From Octopus vulgaris (Eukaryota), in contig OX597829.1 in the NCBI GenBank assembly GCA_951406725.2, forward strand, positions 42,284,001 through 42,348,000: a stretch of DNA of 64,000 bases, in the 5' to 3' direction. The position numbers and the translations under genes were made by a program. The notes beneath the pieces were generated by a model that worked only from the letters and a program-made list of their open reading frames with translations, searched no databases and was not told the DNA's origin. Below, in pieces: positions 56,503 to 64,000 of this stretch; position 1 is the stretch's first letter, and each line of letters starts with the position of its first letter.

Positions 56503-57560
56503 CTGATGGCTTTGACACATTTTTCCTGTGTCCTTATATACATTTACGAAGGGGAGACAAGTACCCCCAGCCGCCCGGGCTGCATCTAGTGACACGTGTT
56601 TCAGGATGATTGTCCTTCGTCGGCCTAGAGTAGCAGGCACCGGTCACATTCTATTGCCCCACCACCGTACATGTCTCTACGAGAGATTTAGAAATTTAGT
56701 ATTTCTGATTTTGATAATCAGTGAATAGACTTCACTGAAATTTAGTTATATACATTACGAGTCGAGACAGATATCGTCAGCTGACCGGTGTCTGCTACTC
56801 TAGGCCGACGAAGGACAATCATTCTGAAACACGTGTCCCTAGATGCAGCCCGGGCGGCTGGGGGTATTTGTCTCCCCTTCGTAAATGTATATAAGGACAC
56901 AGGAAAAATGTGTCAAAGCCATCAGGAGGCGTTGATGCTTCCTAGGGCTAAACAGCGGTGGTGTACCCCCCGACTGTCACGTTCGTGTTAGATTGACAGT
57001 ATACAACAATTCTATCGCCCCACCACCGTACATGTCTCTACGAGAGATTTAGAAATTTAGTATTTCTGATATATATATATATATATATGAGCTGAAAATA
57101 TTGGATACACTAGCCTTCGATATCTGCATTGGCTTGTTTATAAAATGTACAATAGTTCTTTTATAGCATCCAAACGAATGCACGCATGTAACGTAATATG
57201 TTATACACTAAAATAAATCATTTCTACATAATGTTGACTGCGAGATGAATGTTATCCTATGAATATCAAGTTGTGAGATAAATATATTCATCTCAGGCCT
57301 CCTGACTTTCTTTAGAGTCTACATACTCTTCATGAAATAATCCTCCTTCATTAGGTTGACTGCATTACAACTGTATACGACTCTACATTACACTCCTACG
57401 TATTGGTTTCCTATGTAGTTCGTGGTCTGGTCCACTAAAGGAGATTTTTTAGTGATTACCACCGAATTATATACATGCGTATATTGTGCTTTAAATATGT
57501 GTGTGTTTGTATATGAATGTTTGTGTGTGTGTATGTGTGTGTTTGTATGAATATGTTTGT

Positions 57561-57629
<69 letters not shown>

Positions 57630-57845
57630 TGTGTAACTATAATGCCTGTTTACTCACTATGATTCTATGAGTATCACTAGCAGAGATATCGCTGCTGACT
57701 GCCTTTCATCCTTTAGGTGTCGATAACTAAAGTACCAGTTGAGTACTATGGTTGATGTGATCGACTGTGACCCTCCCTACAAAATCCAGGCCTTGTGACT
57801 ATAGTAGAAAGGATTATTCATGTTGTCGTTTTCATGCTTCAGTAG

Positions 57846-57920
<75 letters not shown>

Positions 57921-58322
57921 GTAGTGGCAGCATCAGCAGCAGCATTTGTTGTTATTTTATTGTTGCTTTAACTATTATGTTCATAGTATTTTTGTTGATT
58001 CAAATGATTTTCCTCTCTTTGTATTATTCAAATAAACATTCGAAATAAATATGGACGAAAAACCAAATCAACTAATATTTGTTAAATTTGAGAAAATCTA
58101 TTTAAAGACAAAACATTTCGTGATGGTTACGGATGAAGCATCAGTTAACACTGTTTCGAGGCTGCCCTGGGGTTAAACAAGGAAACACAAACAATAAAAA
58201 CAGTAAAAATAGCAATGATCTAGCAGAAGTTGCATCAAACTTTATTTCTCATAATCATTAATTGGTTATTTTTTATACTACAGAGTCCGACAAGCCAGTA
58301 GATCTTGAATTCTTCGTAGTAA

Positions 58323-58428
58323 CTAGAAACATTTAAGTGTCTTCAACTTGGTATTGATCCATCTTGCGAATTTTTCACCTTCTTGCGTTTTGCATCCTCT
58401 AGCCATCTTGGCAATATTTTTCCACATC
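58323..58428 (-). CDS. Stanniocalcin-like gene copy C, exon 4 (terminal)
   Basis: Reads (G)MWKNIAKMARGCKTQEGEKFARWINTKLKTLKCF*; minus-strand AATAAA at 58241-58246. Confidence 0.85.
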
Positions 58429-58539
58429 CTACAATATAAAAAATAGATTGGTGTCTTAATCAAAAACACTCAGTCAATAACACTCAGACAAACACACTCA
58501 AATAGGCAGACATCAGACAGACTGATAAATAGACAGACA

Positions 58540-58650
<111 letters not shown>

Positions 58651-60864
58651 ACAGAGTTTGCTTTTATTGTCTAATGCTAACTCAGTTTGAATCTGGAGGC
58701 AAATTCAACTCTGCAAGAGGTGGGAAAATACCAATTCCAGAAGCAAGAAAAGGCGAAAGCAACTGTAGGGAACCTGCTTTCTATATTGCAACAAATCTCA
58801 GACTAAGAGAATCAAGTGGATTTGAATGGTGGACTCGTTTTTTTATCATAAGAAAGAAGCCACATTTCAGCACTGATTTGATGAGACACTTGTCAGGGGA
58901 TTGCACGTGGCCTCGTGCCCTTTTGTTGTTGCCCAACTCCGGCAGAGCGTACAGATTAAGAAGCGAGACACTTGCGACCCTCAGATACTCGCTGAATACG
59001 AAAGGGATTCCCTACATTGACATGGTTTTAGCCACCAACAGAAGAGCGAGCAATATCTCTAAGCAGCTTCTACAATTTCTGTGTGGAGCACATGCAGTGA
59101 CCTGAATAATAATCACACGGAATTTCTAACATACAATCAACACCGCACACTGTTTATTCAACACGACAGGAACAATCATTTTGTTTTATCAACCAATTTT
59201 TTCGGAGATGTTTATATTTATGTCAGTTTGAATTTACCAGTTTCGCAGGAACTAATGGCACAAAATCAACGTTGTATTCACCACAAACAAACATCACTCC
59301 TACAATTCAACAAGTTCATATAATTAATCCCCAAGTTGGCGCATATGATTGTGAGCCTTTTGCCCTGGCGTATGCATTTGAACTGGTCATTGGAAATGCT
59401 CCAGGGAAGTTTCTATTTGATCAGTCAAAAATGCGAGCACATTTAAGATTTTGCCTCGAAAACAATAAATTTATTCCTTTCCCGAAATTAAAGGTTTTTC
59501 AAATGTCTACAAAAACCACAGAAGACACTTTCTATCACCCATCCAGAAATGGATTACCCTTAGAAAGGCGACTAAAAGTTATAACTTCTCATGTGAACAT
59601 TCACAACAAATTTTATCACTCAATAGGTTCCGTGTTTTAAGTGAAGATTTCGAGCAAAGCCCAAAATGTAGTCAGCAATCTAATGAGAAAAAGACTCCGA
59701 AAACCACTTGCCTGAGAATAAAACCATCACACTAGAGAATAAGTCGGTCATAAATTTATCTAAACTAAAACTTTCGCCAGATGATGTCTCAGTCTTAGAG
59801 CTTGGACTGAGTTTTTGCCCAAGCACTAAGAATTTCCGCAAGAATAAACTAGCTCAAGGGTTATTTCAGTTTGTCCGGCGTCACAAGCTGAAAGAATATT
59901 TTTTTGAAAAAACTAGTAACAAGGAGTCAGACAATCATATGTTTACTAAAAATAAAAAATGATGATTATCGAATCTGGCATAATTGGATTGAAAAGAATC
60001 CCAATTGGTATCCAGATAAAGTTCGGGATGGACGTTCACAAGCACTACTAGAATTCCGTGAATCTTGTCAGGCAAGCATTAGAGAAAGCCTTAAGACAAG
60101 TGGAAAGAAGTCCTGGAATAACCTCACAAATTTCCTACGTTATGCACTCCGACGTCCAGCTAATAACGATTCTATTGTTATTAACATGGCGGATAAGGGA
60201 AGCGCTATCGTCTTCATGAGGAAATTCGGGACACAGTTACTGAAGATATTCAAATTCCTTCTTAGTCATGTACCAATATTCTGGTTACGGTTCAGTGACG
60301 ACGTATTTTTTGTCTGGGAAGGATCACAGGATAGTTTAATAGACTTCTTGCATTTCTGTGACTGTTAAGCCCAACATAAAATTTACGTCTAGTTTTTCAA
60401 AGACTAGCGTTGAATTTTTAGACAGAAAAGTTAAGTTTTCTGGAGGCAGAATAGTGACGCTTATTTTGCAAAGCCATGTCAATCCACATTTATCTCCATT
60501 ACCGCTTCGATCATCCACATCATCTTATTCGGTCAAATCCGAAATCCTAATTTGTGAGGAAAAAATGAATTTGTACTGACATAGGGGACTACTGGAAACA
60601 TGCAAATGCTTTTGTACGTCATTATGTCAAACGCGGTTACAGTGAATCACGATTAAAGGAAATAGCAAGTGAAATAGTTAAGATTAGCAAAGATAGTAAA
60701 TCTACAAGCATGATTTTAGCAAACACAATACAATGGATGACAGAATTCCTTTAGTGATAAGCTGGCACCGACATTTCGCTGACATTTCAAAAGTGTTGCA
60801 TGAAACACCACCTCTTCTATTACTATCACCACCATCAACAACAACCAAAATAACAAATACTTAC

Positions 60865-61091
60865 CCTCTATAATGAGGTGATTTGGCTGTTTCTAATGGT
60901 TCACTAAATATATACCACAGATCCTCGCGGTGTGTCCAGCCCATAGTACAGAAATTATTCTGTATGTAACATTTCTTTTGTGTTTTCATCAGTATTATGC
61001 CAATAAACGGACAAACGATAGACGAACGTTTGTAGAGATTTATTAACTTTTTCACGAAACATCTTGTGATACTATAGTACCAGTTCTTACC
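60865..61091 (-). CDS. Stanniocalcin-like gene copy C, exon 3 (exons 1-2 expected beyond the right edge, if present)
   Basis: Minus-strand CACAG acceptor; 227 nt; reads GKNWYYSITRCFVKKLINLYKRSSIVCPFIGIILMKTQKKCYIQNNFCTMGWTHREDLWYIFSEPLETAKSPHYR; donor GTAAGT. Confidence 0.85.
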
Positions 61092-62215
61092 CTGTGAATA
61101 TTAGACAGTGATTAGTTAAAGCAAAGATTGACGTTTTAGGGATTATTTATTTATTTATTTGTGGGTAGTGACTAGTAACTCTATCTACTTTGAACACAAG
61201 AGCAGTAATTTTGAGAGGAATGGAGGCCAAGTAGATAACAAAGACCCCAGTACTTTGTCTCTCTAATCTGGCGGAGTAAGGAATAGATAAGTTAGTAATG
61301 GCGCGTAGAAGAAGGAAGGGTAAAAAGACCCCTTCGGTCATGAATGACCATGGGACAGCACTTGGAAAGTTGCCCTCCGAAGCACAAGACTGGTCAGGGT
61401 TGTTTATAGAAGATCAGCAGTCAGCTATGCATACCTGCCTCCCATCTCCAAGCAACCGATGTTATGCAAAGTAAAAGCCGATACAGCTTGGCACCACTGA
61501 GGTCGCAACTCATTTCTACAGCTGAGTAAACTGGAGCAATGTGAAAAAAAGTGTCTTGCGCAAGAACACAACGCACGGTACGCTCCAGGATTCGAACTCA
61601 CTACCCCATGCTTGTGAGCCCCACGCTCTAACCACTGTGCTATGCGCCTTCACATACGATAACGTATAGATGTTAAAAAATAGTGAAGGGATGAAAAGAA
61701 AAACAGAGAGAGACACACGGTCAGTGCATAATGGCTGAGTTATTAAAACGTTATAAATCTAAGAAACGAGAAAAGATCGATGTATGGTAGCAGTGAAATG
61801 TAGCATAACAAAGAAGGTGATGCGGGTATTTTGAAAGTACCTCTCAGAGTGACGGCCGTGTCCTGAATGGTTAGGGTTGCCACCTACTTGTTAAATAAAA
61901 GATAATTTGATTGTCAACATACTTAATGTATGGAATATTAGAAGACTGAAGTAGAATTACGTATGTATTGAGTAAAACAAAAAGAATAATAATCGTTTCT
62001 ATAACAGGCGCAAAGCCTGAAATATTGGGGGAGAAAACTAGTCGATTACATCGACGCCAATGATCAGCTGGAATTTATTTTTATCCACTCTGAATGGATG
62101 AAGGGCAAAGTCGACCTCGGCGGAATTTGAGCTCAGAATGCAAAGACGGACGAAATGCCGCTAAGCATTTTTCCCGGAGTATTAACGATTTGGCCTGCTC
62201 ATCGCCTTACCAAAC

Positions 62216-62263
<48 letters not shown>

Positions 62264-62318
62264 CAATAATAATAATAATAATAATAACAACAACAACAAT
62301 AATAATAATAATAATAGC

Positions 62319-62382
<64 letters not shown>

Positions 62383-63338
62383 ATAATATTATTAATGTAG
62401 ATGCCTTATACAGCTGGAAAACTACTATAAAATAACCACCATAGGACTGCAAAAATATCTTCAGAAGGAAGGAAAACTGATACAAATAGCGGCAAAACAC
62501 GAGCAAAACAATAAACTGTTCTCAGTATTTAAGGAAGCTGACAAATACAAACAAGAAATCATACCACCTAATAAATATGAAGAAGAAGAAGAAGATGAAG
62601 AAACAACAAAATCTATAAAACAAATGAAATCCAAACTAAAAATAGAACAGCAACGAACCATGATAAAACGATGGCAAGCAAAGCCCCTTCATGGTAAATA
62701 CTGGACTAAACTAAACGCAAAAGAAATAAACAAAGAAAAATCCCAGCAATGGTTGAGAAGCTCAGGACTCAAAGCAGAGACAGAGGGATTTTTAATTGCA
62801 GCACAAGACCAAAGCCTCCCCACCAGAAATTACCAAAAACATGTAATGAAAAGAAATATAACAAATAACTGCAGAATATGTGGAGATGGACAAGAAACAA
62901 TAAATCATATTATCTCTGGCTGCCCAGTCCTGGCTAAGAAGGAATATATTCACAGACATGACAGAGCTGGAACCTACATACACTGGAAGCTATGCCAACA
63001 TTGTGGAATAACAACAGAAAAAAAGATGGTATAGGCACACACCAGAAAAGGTCACAGAAATCGAGAAAGCAACCATTCTCTGGGATATGCCGATACACAC
63101 AGATGGAGAAATTAAGGGTAACAGACCAGATATAGTTGTCAGAGATCATGAAGAAAAAAAAATGCTTTCTAATTGATGTATCAATACCGGCAGATGACAA
63201 CGTGTCTCTAAAAGAAATGGAGAAACTTTCAAAATACAAAGACCTGGAAATAGAGATAACCAGAATGTGGAATCTAAAAACAGAAACAATTCCTATCATA
63301 GTAGGTGCATTAGGCACGATAGAAAAATAAAACTACTA

Positions 63339-63402
<64 letters not shown>

Positions 63403-63414
63403 GTAGTAGTAGTA

Positions 63415-64000
<586 letters not shown>

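Overview
Eukaryotic, very repeat-rich DNA. The SINE/LINE/microsatellite repertoire looks like an octopus-type cephalopod genome (inference). Most ORF-track entries are decayed transposons or microsatellite read-through: Helitron Rep/PIF1, Tx1/L1, R4/Dong, RTE, Penelope, mariner/maT, MITEs and tRNA-derived SINEs. Hidden among them are small spliced exons, barely visible in the ORF track, from three paralogues of a secreted stanniocalcin-like gene. Copy B is complete (+ strand; TATA at 23162; exons 23250-23355, 41357-41514, 48146-48372, 50611-50716; 198 aa). Copy A has exons 2-4 (+) and copy C has exons 3-4 (- strand, tail-to-tail with B). Intronic TE DNA differs between copies by only a few percent by eye. 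The exons differ far more: A vs B differ at 57 of 161 complete codons, with about 5 silent changes, and keep their frames, splice sites and 10 core cysteines, which points to strong diversifying selection. Other notable items are a 360-bp repeat carrying a minimal hammerhead ribozyme at the duplication junctions, a Ulp1-protease-like domain upstream of a Penelope RT, and a Tx1/L1 element inserted into a SINE with a 16-bp TSD. All alignments and translations were done by eye.
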